Below are positions 1 through 9,666 of a stretch of DNA of 64,000 nt, piece by piece (the first letter of the stretch is position 1; each line of letters starts with the position of its first letter). The DNA is from Promineifilum sp. (GTDB lineage: Bacteria > Chloroflexota > Anaerolineae > Promineifilales > Promineifilaceae), in contig JAGOBF010000012.1 of the NCBI GenBank assembly GCA_017983515.1, positions 43,105 to 107,104 on the forward strand. The letters run 5' to 3'. The position numbers were made by a program, and so were the translations under genes. A model generated the notes under the pieces. It ran no database searches. It worked only from the letters and a program-made list of their open reading frames with translations, and had not been told where the DNA came from.

Positions 1-171
1 CGTTATCTGCCCGGTCTGGTAGTCGCCATGATGATCCTGGGTGTGGCTATCCCGGCGCTGCCCATCCTTTTGGCTGTTCTAACTGGCAGCGTCGGCGGCT
101 TGATGGCCCTGTTAGGGCCGGGCATCTACTTATTTGTCGGCGCCAGTGCCGCTTACTGGCAAATGCGCTAA
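1..171 (+). CDS. 3' end of a hydrophobic (membrane) protein, truncated by window start
   Basis: Frame 1 reads RYLPGLVVAMMILGVAIPALPILLAVLTGSVGGLMALLGPGIYLFVGASAAYWQMR to TAA at 169-171, 12 nt before recN. Confidence 0.65.
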   Translation, partial: RYLPGLVVAMMILGVAIPALPILLAVLTGSVGGLMALLGPGIYLFVGASAAYWQMR

Positions 172-183
172 TATTCGAGTGCC

Positions 184-1947
184 ATGCTTTCGGAACTGTT
201 TATTCGCAACTTCGCGATTATTGATGAACTGCGTCTGCGGCTAAATCCCGGCTTCAACGTGCTTACCGGCGAGACGGGGGCCGGAAAGTCCATCATTCTG
301 GACGCGGTGACCCTGGTGCTGGGCGAGCGAGCGGACACGACGGTCATCCGCGCCGGGACGGACGAAGCCTACGTCGAGGCGACCTTCCGCCTGGATGAAG
401 GGTTGCAGGCTGAACTGCGCCCCATCCTGGAGGCCGAGGGCCTGGATGAAGAAGGAGCCGAGTTCGTCGTGCTGGCGCGGGAGATGCGCGCCAGCGGCCG
501 CAATATCTGCCGCATCAACGGCCGCACCGTCAGTCTGTCGCTGCTGCGGCAGGTTGCCGATCCCCTTATCGATATCCACGGCCAGGGGGAACACCTTTCC
601 CTGCTACGGCCGCGCTCCCATCTGGCCCTGCTCGACGCTTTTGGCGGCCTGGAGGCGGAGAGGCGGGCGTTGGCCGCTGAAGTTCATCGCCTGCACGCCG
701 TCCAGCGCGAGCTGGAAGACCTGCGGCGGAGCGGCCGCGACATGGCCCAGCGCACGGAGATGCTCCAGTTCAAGGTCGAGGAGATCGGCGCAGCCGCCTT
801 GCAGCCGGACGACGAAGAAACCTTGCGCATCGAGCGCCTGCGGCTGGCCAACGCCGAGCAACTGGGCCGTCATGCCAGTGAGGCGATTGCCCTGCTCTCG
901 ACCGTGGATGAAGACCGCCCGGCCATAACCGATATGCTGGGGCGCGTCGAACACGCCATGACCCAGTTAGCCAAGCTGGACGACACGCGGCAGGATTCTC
1001 TGGCAACTCTGCAAGGCATCGGATTCCAGCTAAGCGAATTGTCTGCGGAGCTTCAGGATTATCTGGATGCGCTGGAATATGACTCGCGCCGGCTAAACAC
1101 GGTCGAAGGGCGACTGGAGTTGATCAGCGATCTGAAGCGCAAGTATAACGAACCGGACGTGAGCGGCCTGCTGGCCGCCGGCGAACGGGCCGTGGCCGAG
1201 CTACAGACGTTGGAAAATAGCGGCGTGCGCACCGCCGAACTGGAGGCCGAGCAGGAAACCTATCTGCGACATATCGGCACCATGGCGGCCGGGCTCTCGG
1301 ACAAGCGCCACGTGGCCGCCGGACGACTGTCGGCGGCCGTAGAGCACCACCTGGCCGAGTTGAAGATGGAAGGGGCGCACTTTGGCGTCGATTTCCGCAG
1401 GCAGCCGTCGGCGGCGGGGTGCTACGTGTCCACGGATGATGGCGAGCAGCGTCTGTCGTTCGACCAGACAGGCATTGACCAGGTGGAATTTCTCATCTCG
1501 GCCAATCCGGGCGAGCCGCCGAAACCGCTGGCGCGCGTCGCCAGCGGCGGCGAGACGGCGCGCCTGATGCTGGCGTTGAAGACCGCCCTGGCGCAGGTAG
1601 ACCAGACGCCGACGCTGATCTTTGACGAGATCGACCAGGGCATCGGCGGACGGGTAGGCGACGTGGTCGGCCGTAAGCTGTGGGGCCTGGCGGCCGAGGC
1701 CAACCACCAGGTCGTCGTCGTCACCCATTTGCCGCAACTGGCCGGCTACGGCGATGCCCACTTCCACGTCAGCAAGGCGGTTGACGCCGGCCGCACGATC
1801 ACCCATGTGGCCGGGCTGGATCAGTCGGGACGCGTGCGTGAATTGGCGGCCATGCTGGGCACGCAAGGGGAGACGGCCGTGTGGGGCGCAGAGTCGATCC
1901 TGCGACATGTCGCTGAGGCCAAGGACGACTTACTGGTCGCCAAATAG
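184..1947 (+). CDS. recN: DNA repair protein RecN
   Basis: N-terminal IRNFAII, Walker A TGETGAGKS, coiled-coil middle, signature ASGGE, Walker B LIFDEID, VTHLPQ. Confidence 0.96.
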   Translation: MLSELFIRNFAIIDELRLRLNPGFNVLTGETGAGKSIILDAVTLVLGERADTTVIRAGTDEAYVEATFRLDEGLQAELRPILEAEGLDEEGAEFVVLAREMRASGRNICRINGRTVSLSLLRQVADPLIDIHGQGEHLSLLRPRSHLALLDAFGGLEAERRALAAEVHRLHAVQRELEDLRRSGRDMAQRTEMLQFKVEEIGAAALQPDDEETLRIERLRLANAEQLGRHASEAIALLSTVDEDRPAITDMLGRVEHAMTQLAKLDDTRQDSLATLQGIGFQLSELSAELQDYLDALEYDSRRLNTVEGRLELISDLKRKYNEPDVSGLLAAGERAVAELQTLENSGVRTAELEAEQETYLRHIGTMAAGLSDKRHVAAGRLSAAVEHHLAELKMEGAHFGVDFRRQPSAAGCYVSTDDGEQRLSFDQTGIDQVEFLISANPGEPPKPLARVASGGETARLMLALKTALAQVDQTPTLIFDEIDQGIGGRVGDVVGRKLWGLAAEANHQVVVVTHLPQLAGYGDAHFHVSKAVDAGRTITHVAGLDQSGRVRELAAMLGTQGETAVWGAESILRHVAEAKDDLLVAK

Positions 1948-1959
1948 TTCGCCATTGAT

Positions 1960-3381
1960 ATGACCACCCAGCGCGTCCGTACTCTATTTACCATCTGGTT
2001 AGTAGCGTTAGACTTTCTGCTCATCGGCCTGGCCTTCGCCCTGGCCTACCAATTGCGCGTCTCAGTCGATTGGCCGGAGCCGCTGTTGAATCAGGTGCCC
2101 CTGGCCGATTATTTCTCTCTGTTCCTGGCCCAGGCGTTTGGCATCATCGCGGTTCTTTTCCTGAACCGCCAGTATTACATCCCGCGCGCGGCCTCGCGCA
2201 TCGACCAGGTCTACTACGTCTTCATCAGCGTGTCGGTCGGCATCCTGATCGCCGTCGCGCTGTCGACGATCTTCTTCCGCACGGATCGCGCCATCCTTGA
2301 TTATCCGCGGACGATGCTCGTCTACAACTGGCTGCTGACTATTGTATTGCTGATGCTCGGCCGGTTCCTGACCAACTGGCTGCGCAAGCGCCTGCAGGAA
2401 CGAGGGATCGGTAAGGACAAAGTGTTACTCGTCGGGACCGGGGACACGGCCCGCATGATCCTGCAACGCATCGTCTGGTCGCCCGACCTCGGTTATGATC
2501 TGGTGGGCATCATCGACGGCGACGGGACGGAATCCGATATCCTCGGCGTGCCCGTGCTGGGCAATCCAGAAGATCTGCCGGATCTCATCGACGAATACAA
2601 GATCGACGAGGTCATCGTCGCCATCCCGGAGAAAGGGCATCGCGAGACGCTCCATGTCATCTCTTATTGCGAGCGCGGCCGCGTCACGATCAAGGTCTTC
2701 CCCGATCTGTTCCAATATATCACCACGACGGCCGGTATTGAGGACTTGGGCGGCTTGCCCCTGTTGTCGGTGCGCGATTACGCTTTGCGCGGTTATTTCT
2801 TGACGCTCAAGCGGGTGATCGACTTTTTTGGGTCGGCCGCGGGGTTGATCGCCTTGTCGCCCCTGATGTTCATGACCGCGCTGGCGATCAAGCTGGAATC
2901 GCCCGGCCCCGTGTTTTTTGTGCAGCCGCGCATGGGTCTCGACGGCCGTGAATTCATGATGATCAAGTTTCGCTCCATGCGCACCGACGCCGAAAAGGAT
3001 GGCCCCGGCTGGACGGTCAGGGACGATCCACGCCAGACGCGGATTGGCTCGTGGTTGCGGCGGCTTGAGGTCGATGAGTTGCCCAACCTGATCAATGTCC
3101 TGTTGGGAGAGATGAGTCTGGTCGGGCCGCGGCCGGAACAGGCTTATTACGTCGAACAATTCCGTCGCTATGTGCCGCGCTACATGGATCGTCACCGGGA
3201 GAAGGGCGGCATGACCGGCTGGGCACAGGTGAATGGCCTGCGGGGCGACAGTTCCATCAGCGAACGTACCAAATACGACCTGTGGTATTCCGAAAATTGG
3301 TCCATCCTGCTCGATACTAAAATCCTCTTGCGCACTCTGTGGCAAATCGCTACCCCCACGGAAGATAAAGCTCATCATTAA
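1960..3381 (+). CDS. Undecaprenyl-phosphate hexose-1-phosphate transferase (WcaJ/WbaP family)
   Basis: N-terminal TM helices, Rossmann-like LLVGTG domain, C-terminal KFRSM, DELP, GEMSLVGPRPE, GMTGWAQVNG motifs. Confidence 0.92.
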   Translation: MTTQRVRTLFTIWLVALDFLLIGLAFALAYQLRVSVDWPEPLLNQVPLADYFSLFLAQAFGIIAVLFLNRQYYIPRAASRIDQVYYVFISVSVGILIAVALSTIFFRTDRAILDYPRTMLVYNWLLTIVLLMLGRFLTNWLRKRLQERGIGKDKVLLVGTGDTARMILQRIVWSPDLGYDLVGIIDGDGTESDILGVPVLGNPEDLPDLIDEYKIDEVIVAIPEKGHRETLHVISYCERGRVTIKVFPDLFQYITTTAGIEDLGGLPLLSVRDYALRGYFLTLKRVIDFFGSAAGLIALSPLMFMTALAIKLESPGPVFFVQPRMGLDGREFMMIKFRSMRTDAEKDGPGWTVRDDPRQTRIGSWLRRLEVDELPNLINVLLGEMSLVGPRPEQAYYVEQFRRYVPRYMDRHREKGGMTGWAQVNGLRGDSSISERTKYDLWYSENWSILLDTKILLRTLWQIATPTEDKAHH

Positions 3382-3420
3382 TCCCCGGTTGAAAGGGTCT
3401 TTAATCTAACATCCTTCTTA

Positions 3421-3449
3421 TTGACGCTGATCCGGCGGCATGTTATGAT
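3421..3449 (+). promoter_or_regulatory. Sigma70/SigA-type promoter of the hrcA-dnaK operon
   Basis: TTGACG-17 nt-TATGAT with extended -10 TG. Confidence 0.8.
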
Positions 3450-3463
3450 CAAAAAGGGCTGGT

Positions 3464-3490
3464 TTAGCACTCGCGCAAGCTGACTGCTAA
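3464..3490 (+). promoter_or_regulatory. CIRCE element (HrcA operator)
   Basis: TTAGCACTC-N9-GACTGCTAA, one mismatch to TTAGCACTC-N9-GAGTGCTAA, between promoter and hrcA. Confidence 0.93.
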
Positions 3491-3573
3491 CCACCATCGT
3501 AACCGAAAAGATGGATGCGACCGGGTATAGCTCTTGGTGAGTTAGTCACCCGGTCGATGATTGCATTGTGACC

Positions 3574-4650
3574 ATGGACGAATTTCAGCAATTGACCGAG
3601 CGACAGGAACGGATACTGGCGATGGTCGTCCGAAGCTATATCGAGACGGGCAAGCCGGTGGGTTCCCGCACGCTGGTCGAGGATTACGGGCTGGACTTCA
3701 GTTCGGCCACGGTGCGCAATGACTTTGCCGCCCTGGGCGAACTGGGCTACGTGGCCCAGTTGCACACGTCCGCGGGCCGAATTCCCAGCGAACGCGGTTA
3801 CCGTTATTTCGTGCAAAAGCTGTTGGGCGAGTTCCACCTGCCTCTGCACGAGCGCCAAATGATCCGCCATCAGTTTCATCAGGCGCGTCTGGAACTGGAC
3901 CAGTGGATGCGGCTTTCGGCGGCCATCCTGGCCCGCACGTCGGGCAGCGCCAGCTTCGTCACCGCCCCCCAGGCCCGCGCCAACCGTTTCAAGCACCTCC
4001 AGTTGATCGCCACACAAGGGCGTCTGGTGCTGATGGTGCTGGTGCTATATGGCGGCGAAGTGAAGCAGCAGATGCTGACGCTGGCCGAACCCTTGCCCCA
4101 AAATCGCCTGAGCATCGCGGCCGACAAGCTTAATGGCTACTTTGCCGACATGGATGCCGACGAGGTCGGCGGGCGTGTCGCGGCGGCGCATCTGGACACA
4201 TTGGAGAGCGAGATAGTCGGTCTGGTGATGGAGATTCTGCGGCGAAACGATCACCGCTCGATCAGCGATATTTACCGCGACGGGTTGGTCAATATTTTGG
4301 ACGACGAGGGCACGCGCCAGGCTATCCGGCTGCTCGAAGAGCGGACGCTGCTGGCGTCGGTTTTATCGGTGCAGCAAGCGCAAGGCGGGGAAGGGGTGCA
4401 GGTGGTGATTGGCGGCGATGGCCGCTGGGAAGAGCTGAAAGATTGCACCATGATCCTCTCCCGCTATGGCGTGACCGAGAGCTTTTCCGGCACCCTGGCC
4501 GTCGTTGGCCCCACACGTATGCCCTACGACCGCAATGTGGCCGCGGTGCGCTACGTGGCCGACCTAATGAGCGGTTTTGTATCCGATTACTTTGTCCAGG
4601 AATCGGCCGACGCGGGTGGCAGCACCCTGGATCAAATAGATAGAGGTTGA
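3574..4650 (+). CDS. hrcA: Heat-inducible transcription repressor HrcA (alternative GTG start at 3568)
   Basis: YIETGKPVGS, SSATVRND, HTSAGRIPS, GPTRMPY motifs; first gene of dnaK operon. Confidence 0.96.
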   Translation: MDEFQQLTERQERILAMVVRSYIETGKPVGSRTLVEDYGLDFSSATVRNDFAALGELGYVAQLHTSAGRIPSERGYRYFVQKLLGEFHLPLHERQMIRHQFHQARLELDQWMRLSAAILARTSGSASFVTAPQARANRFKHLQLIATQGRLVLMVLVLYGGEVKQQMLTLAEPLPQNRLSIAADKLNGYFADMDADEVGGRVAAAHLDTLESEIVGLVMEILRRNDHRSISDIYRDGLVNILDDEGTRQAIRLLEERTLLASVLSVQQAQGGEGVQVVIGGDGRWEELKDCTMILSRYGVTESFSGTLAVVGPTRMPYDRNVAAVRYVADLMSGFVSDYFVQESADAGGSTLDQIDRG

Positions 4651-5192
4651 CAAGAGTGACAATACCAGAAGAACAACAAGAGTGGGAAGAAGCCGTCGGC
4701 GGCGCGGACGCGCCCGACGCGATGGCTACAACTTTATCCCTGGAAGAACAACTGGCGGCGACGCAGGCCGAGGCCGCGCGCAACCTGGACGGCTGGCAAC
4801 GCACGCAGGCCGAATTCGCCAACGCGCGCAAGCGCTTTGACCGGCAACGGGCCGAGGCGTTCACGACTGCCAATATCGACTTAGTGGGCAAGCTCTTGCC
4901 GACTATTGATGACTTTGAACGGGCGCTCGAAGCTGTACCCGAGGAAGATCGGAATGATCCCTGGGTTTCCGGCATCGCTCTAGTCTATCGCAAGATGCTG
5001 GCCATACTCGATGATATGAACGTCCAGATCATTCCCAGCGTCGGCGAGCCTTTCGATCCCAATTACCACGAGGCATTGACGCAGGAACCCTCCGATGAAT
5101 ACGACAGTGGCGTGATCGTCCGCGAAGCACGGCGCGGTTATAAACTGGGTGATCGGGTCATTCGGCCCGCGCTTGTATCCGTCGCTCCCTAA
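4647..5192 (+). CDS. grpE: Nucleotide exchange factor GrpE
   Basis: AEFANARKR, LLPTIDDFERAL, FDPNYHEA, GYKLGDRVIRPALV. Confidence 0.96.
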   Translation: MTRVTIPEEQQEWEEAVGGADAPDAMATTLSLEEQLAATQAEAARNLDGWQRTQAEFANARKRFDRQRAEAFTTANIDLVGKLLPTIDDFERALEAVPEEDRNDPWVSGIALVYRKMLAILDDMNVQIIPSVGEPFDPNYHEALTQEPSDEYDSGVIVREARRGYKLGDRVIRPALVSVAP

Positions 5193-5220
5193 TTCGACAT
5201 CATAAAAGGACAGAGTTTAA

Positions 5221-7128
5221 ATGGCAACGATAATCGGTATTGATTTGGGCACAACGAACTCCGTTGTCGCCGTCATGGAAGGCGGGGAGCCTGTGGTCAT
5301 CCCCAGCTCGGAAGGAAGCCGGCTGTTTCCTTCGGTGGTAGCCGTCAACCCGAAGACGGGCGAGCGCCTGGTGGGCCAGGTTGCCAAGCGGCAGGCAGTG
5401 ATGAATTCGCAAAACACCATCTACTCGGTGAAACGGTTTATGGGTCGCAAATTTAACGACCCCGAAGTGCAGAAGGCTTTGACCTACGTGCCGTATGAGG
5501 TGAAAGAAGCGCCCAACGGTGACTTGCGCGTGATCATGAACGGCCGCGAGTACTCGCCGCCGGAGATCTCGGCCATGATCCTGCAAAAGATCAAGGCCGA
5601 CGCCGAAGCCTATCTGGGCCAAACGGTGACGCAGGCGGTCATCACGGTTCCGGCCTACTTCAACGACAGCCAGCGCCAGGCGACCAAGGACGCGGGCAAG
5701 ATCGCCGGTCTGGAAGTGCTGCGCATCGTCAACGAGCCGACGGCCTCGTCGCTGGCCTATGGGCTGGGCAACAAGAAGGACGAGATGATCGCTGTCTATG
5801 ACCTGGGCGGCGGCACGTTTGACATCTCTATCCTGGAAGTGGGCGACGGCGTCTTTGAAGTGAAGTCGACCAACGGCGATACATTCCTGGGCGGCGATGA
5901 CTTTGACCAGCGCATCATCGACTGGGCGGCCGAACAGTTCAAGATGGAAGAAGGCATCGATCTGCGCAGCGACAAGCAGGCCCTGCAGCGGCTGCGCGAA
6001 GCAGCCGAGAAAGTCAAAGTCGAACTGTCGACGACTATGCAGAGCGAGCTGAACCTGCCGTTCATTACTGCCGACGCCACCGGGCCGAAGCATATGAACC
6101 TGACCCTGACGCGGGCCAAGCTGGAGCAGTTGACCGAAAACCTGGTGCAGCGTTCCATTGAGCCGGTTCGCAAAGCCCTGAAAGACGCCGGCCTGGCCGA
6201 GAAAGATATCACTGAGGTAATCCTGGTGGGCGGCATGACGCGCATGCCGGCGATTCAGGAAGCCGTCCGCAAATTCTTCGGCCGAGAGCCGCACAAGGGC
6301 GTGAACCCCGATGAGGTGGTGGCTCTGGGCGCGGCGATTCAGGCGGGCGTTCTGGGCGGTGATGTCAAAGAAGTGGTTCTGCTCGACGTGACGCCCCTGA
6401 CGCTGGGTATCGAAACATTGGGTGGCGTGGCGACACCGTTGATCGAGCGCAACACGACGATCCCGACCAAGAAGAGCCAGGTGTTCTCGACGGCGGCCGA
6501 CAGCCAGACGCAAGTGGAGATCCACGTCGTGCAGGGCGAGCGGCCGATGGCTAGTGACAACAAGAGTCTGGGGCGGTTCATCCTGGATGGGCTGCCGCCC
6601 GCGCCGCGCGGCGTGCCGCAGATCGAGGTGTCGTTTGACATCGACGCCAACGGCATCTTGAATGTCAGCGCCCGCGACAAGGCCACGAACCGCCAGCAGG
6701 CCATGCAGATCATTCCCTCCAGCGGCCTGGCCAAGGAAGAGATCGATCGCATGATGCGGGACGCCGAGAGCCACGCCGCCGAAGACACCCGGCGCAAGGA
6801 AGAGGTGGAGGCGCGTAACGTCGCCGACACGGCCATCTATGGGGCCGAAAAGTTCTTGCAGGATAACGGCGACAAGATCCCGGAGTCGAATCGCGCCGCG
6901 GTTCAGACTCAAATTGAGGCCGCTAGAGAGGCCTTGTCCGGCGGCGACGTGACCGCGATGCAGCAGGCCGCCGAGCGATTGCAGCAGGCATTGCAGCAGG
7001 CCGGCGCGGCCATGTATCAGGCCGCCGGCGGTGACCCGACGGCCGATGGCGGCCCCGAGACCGGCCCGGCCGACAATGGGCCGGCCGACGAGGACGTTAT
7101 CGACGGCGAGTTCAGCGACGCTAATTAA
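5221..7128 (+). CDS. dnaK: Chaperone DnaK (Hsp70)
   Basis: [32 protein letters not shown]. Confidence 0.99.
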   Translation: MATIIGIDLGTTNSVVAVMEGGEPVVIPSSEGSRLFPSVVAVNPKTGERLVGQVAKRQAVMNSQNTIYSVKRFMGRKFNDPEVQKALTYVPYEVKEAPNGDLRVIMNGREYSPPEISAMILQKIKADAEAYLGQTVTQAVITVPAYFNDSQRQATKDAGKIAGLEVLRIVNEPTASSLAYGLGNKKDEMIAVYDLGGGTFDISILEVGDGVFEVKSTNGDTFLGGDDFDQRIIDWAAEQFKMEEGIDLRSDKQALQRLREAAEKVKVELSTTMQSELNLPFITADATGPKHMNLTLTRAKLEQLTENLVQRSIEPVRKALKDAGLAEKDITEVILVGGMTRMPAIQEAVRKFFGREPHKGVNPDEVVALGAAIQAGVLGGDVKEVVLLDVTPLTLGIETLGGVATPLIERNTTIPTKKSQVFSTAADSQTQVEIHVVQGERPMASDNKSLGRFILDGLPPAPRGVPQIEVSFDIDANGILNVSARDKATNRQQAMQIIPSSGLAKEEIDRMMRDAESHAAEDTRRKEEVEARNVADTAIYGAEKFLQDNGDKIPESNRAAVQTQIEAAREALSGGDVTAMQQAAERLQQALQQAGAAMYQAAGGDPTADGGPETGPADNGPADEDVIDGEFSDAN

Positions 7129-7140
7129 TTCTTGATAGGG

Positions 7141-7175
7141 AGGCCGGGCAGACGGCGATAGCATCTGCCCGGCCT
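7141..7175 (+). other. Intergenic stem-loop between dnaK and dnaJ
   Basis: AGGCCGGGCAGA / TCTGCCCGGCCT perfect 12-bp inverted repeat, no U-tract. Confidence 0.7.
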
Positions 7176-7185
7176 AAATGAACTT

Positions 7186-8346
7186 ATGTCTGCAAAACGC
7201 GATTACTACGAAATCCTGGGCATATCCCGAGGGGCTACCAAAGAGGAACTGAAGAAACAGTACCGCAGCTTGGCGCGCCAGTATCATCCCGATGTCAGCG
7301 CCGAATCCGACGCCGGCGAGCGTTTCAAGGAGATCAGCGAGGCCTACGAGGTATTGTCTGACGACGACAAGCGGGCCGCTTATGATCGCTTTGGGCACGC
7401 GGGCGTCAATGGCGGTGGCTTCTCCGGCGGTTTTGACCAGGGGTTCGGTGGTTTCGCCGATATATTCGAGGAATTCTTCGGCTCATTCGGTGGCGCGACT
7501 GGCGGCCGTCGCCGGCGTCGCGGCCCACGTCGCGGCCCTGATCTGCGCTATGATTTAACCATCACCTTCGAAGAGGCTGTATTCGGTGGGGAGCGGGACA
7601 TCGAGTACCGTCGCTCCGAGACCTGTACCGTCTGCAGCGGCAGCGGTGCCGAGCCGGGCACGCGTCCTATTGCCTGTACGACCTGTAACGGTTCCGGCGA
7701 GGTGCGCCGGGTGCAACAGTCGATCCTGGGGCAGTTTGTCAATGTGACGACTTGTACCACCTGTAACGGCACGGGTGAATTGATCCCCCATCTTTGTCAC
7801 GAGTGCAACGGCCGCAAGCAGGTCGAGCGCACGGTGACCAAGAAGGTCAAGATTCCCGCGGGCGTGGACAGTGATACGCAAATACGCCTGACCGGCGAGG
7901 GTGGGGCGGGGACGGACGGCGGCCCGGCCGGTAACCTCTTCGTCGTGCTCAATGTGGCTCCGCACGAATACTTCCAGCGCCGCGGCGACGATATCGTCCT
8001 CGACTTGCAGATTAATGTGGCCCAGGCGGCATTAGGCGACGAGCTTACCGTGCCCACTGTAGATGGAGATTCGGATCTGCCCGTGCCGCCCGGCACACAA
8101 TCCGGTCGCGTATTTCGCATGCGCGGGTTGGGTGTGCCAAAGCTCGACCGTAGCGGGCGCGGTCAGAATGTCGGCCGCGGCGATCAACTGGTGATTATCA
8201 ACGTGGCGATTCCCAAAACCCTGTCGGCCGAACAACAAGACTTGTTCAAGCAGCTGTCGCGCACGTTGGGCAAGGAAGTCATCCCACAGAAGGACAAGGG
8301 TATCCTGGGACAATTAAAGGATGCGCTCGGCGATCTGTTCGGTTAA
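7186..8346 (+). CDS. dnaJ: Chaperone DnaJ
   Basis: J domain with HPD, G/F region, four CxxCxGxG-type zinc-finger repeats. Confidence 0.98.
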   Translation: MSAKRDYYEILGISRGATKEELKKQYRSLARQYHPDVSAESDAGERFKEISEAYEVLSDDDKRAAYDRFGHAGVNGGGFSGGFDQGFGGFADIFEEFFGSFGGATGGRRRRRGPRRGPDLRYDLTITFEEAVFGGERDIEYRRSETCTVCSGSGAEPGTRPIACTTCNGSGEVRRVQQSILGQFVNVTTCTTCNGTGELIPHLCHECNGRKQVERTVTKKVKIPAGVDSDTQIRLTGEGGAGTDGGPAGNLFVVLNVAPHEYFQRRGDDIVLDLQINVAQAALGDELTVPTVDGDSDLPVPPGTQSGRVFRMRGLGVPKLDRSGRGQNVGRGDQLVIINVAIPKTLSAEQQDLFKQLSRTLGKEVIPQKDKGILGQLKDALGDLFG

Positions 8347-8391
8347 GCGCGTTCTATTTGCCGGCTACGGTTGGTGGAGGGCGGAGGGCAT

Positions 8392-9315
8392 ATGTACTGG
8401 CTCGAAATAAGTGTCCGAACAGACGGTGAAGGAGCCGAGGCCGTGGCGGAAGTGCTGCGGCCTTTTGCTTATCAGGGGAGCGTTGTGCTGGAGCAACTCG
8501 GCGACGATACGACGGTCGACCCGGACGCGCTGGAGGCCGCCGTCACCGTAAAAATTTACGTGGCCGAGGAAGACGACACGCCCGCCTTGCGCCGGCGCAT
8601 CGAGGAAATCCTCTATCACATGGGCCGTCTCTATCCGATTCCAGAGCCAGTATTTCGCGAGTTGGCCGATGAGGATTGGGCAAATGCCTGGAAGAATCAT
8701 TACCGTCCGTTTCGTCTCGGCCGTCACCTGAAAATCTGGCCGACCTGGCTGCCGCGCGAAACCGACGACGACGCCCTGCCCGACGACGTGGTGTTGATCC
8801 TCGACCCCGGCATGGCCTTTGGCACCGGCCTGCACCCTACGACCCAGGGCTGTCTGCGAGCGTTGGAGGACATCGTGCGCTCGGGCATGAGCGTGCTGGA
8901 CGCCGGTACGGGTTCCGGCATACTGGCTGTTGCCGCCGCCAAACTGGGTGCGACGGAGGTGGCGGCCTTCGATACCGACTCGCTCGCCGTGCGCGCCACG
9001 GCCGATAATGCCGCCCAAAACGGCGTGGCCGAGGCCATCCACTGCTGGCGTGGCGAATTGGAGAGCGTACACAACGAGGTCACCCGCGACACGTGGGATG
9101 TCGTCGTGGCTAATATCCTCGCGCCGGTCATTATTCAGTTGCTGGACGAAAAGGGATTGTTGGGCTACGTGGCCGATGATGGCCGGCTCATTTTGAGTGG
9201 GATCATTCTGGAACAGGGGCCGGCCGTTGAAGCCGCGATTGCCCGGGCCGGCGGACGAGTGGAAAGAACGATCACCGCGGGCGATTGGGTCACTTACATA
9301 GCCGGCCGGCGCTGA
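8392..9315 (+). CDS. prmA: Ribosomal protein L11 methyltransferase
   Basis: EDWANAWK, DPGMAFGTGLHPTT, LDAGTGSGIL, VANIL, LSGI; follows dnaJ; GGAGG before ATG 8392. Confidence 0.94.
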   Translation: MYWLEISVRTDGEGAEAVAEVLRPFAYQGSVVLEQLGDDTTVDPDALEAAVTVKIYVAEEDDTPALRRRIEEILYHMGRLYPIPEPVFRELADEDWANAWKNHYRPFRLGRHLKIWPTWLPRETDDDALPDDVVLILDPGMAFGTGLHPTTQGCLRALEDIVRSGMSVLDAGTGSGILAVAAAKLGATEVAAFDTDSLAVRATADNAAQNGVAEAIHCWRGELESVHNEVTRDTWDVVVANILAPVIIQLLDEKGLLGYVADDGRLILSGIILEQGPAVEAAIARAGGRVERTITAGDWVTYIAGRR

Positions 9316-9379
9316 CGCGCCCGGCCGGCTGATGTTCATATCGCGCCCGTGGCGAACTCGCTACACGGGTAATTTCAAT

Positions 9380-9628
9380 TTATGCTGAGGTCGTCGGCTG
9401 GGCGTTGCGGCGATACCGGTAGGTAATCCGTCCGCGCCCTAGATCGTAGGGCGTCATCTCGACCCGCACGCGGTCGCCCAGCAAAATGCGGATGTAATGC
9501 TTGCGCATACGACCGGACAGATAGGACAGCACCCGGTGACCGTTGTCGAGTTCGACCATGAACTGTGTATTTGGTAGCAGCTCGATGACCGTACCCTCAA
9601 CCTCTAGTTTGTCTTCCTTATTTGCCAT
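9380..9628 (-). CDS. infA: Translation initiation factor IF-1
   Basis: [12 protein letters not shown]...[34 protein letters not shown]. Confidence 0.98.
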   Translation of the reverse strand: MANKEDKLEVEGTVIELLPNTQFMVELDNGHRVLSYLSGRMRKHYIRILLGDRVRVEMTPYDLGRGRITYRYRRNAQPTTSA

Positions 9629-9666
9629 AAACTCCTGACTACTTGAACTAAACGTTCCGCAACCGG

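Noticed and set aside
5200-7164. 654-aa ORF antisense to dnaK
   Set aside because: Long antisense frames opposite hsp70 genes are a known by-product of codon bias in GC-rich genomes; no RBS or domain motifs
8365-9339. 324-aa antisense ORF over prmA, and similar long shadow ORFs over priA, ugd, ftsK, hypD and alr
   Set aside because: Fully overlap well-supported genes on the opposite strand and lack recognisable motifs
9644-9657. GAAC-TAAAC-GTTC near infA as a LexA box
   Set aside because: Spacer is 5 nt rather than 4 and it lies in an intercistronic gap with no promoter
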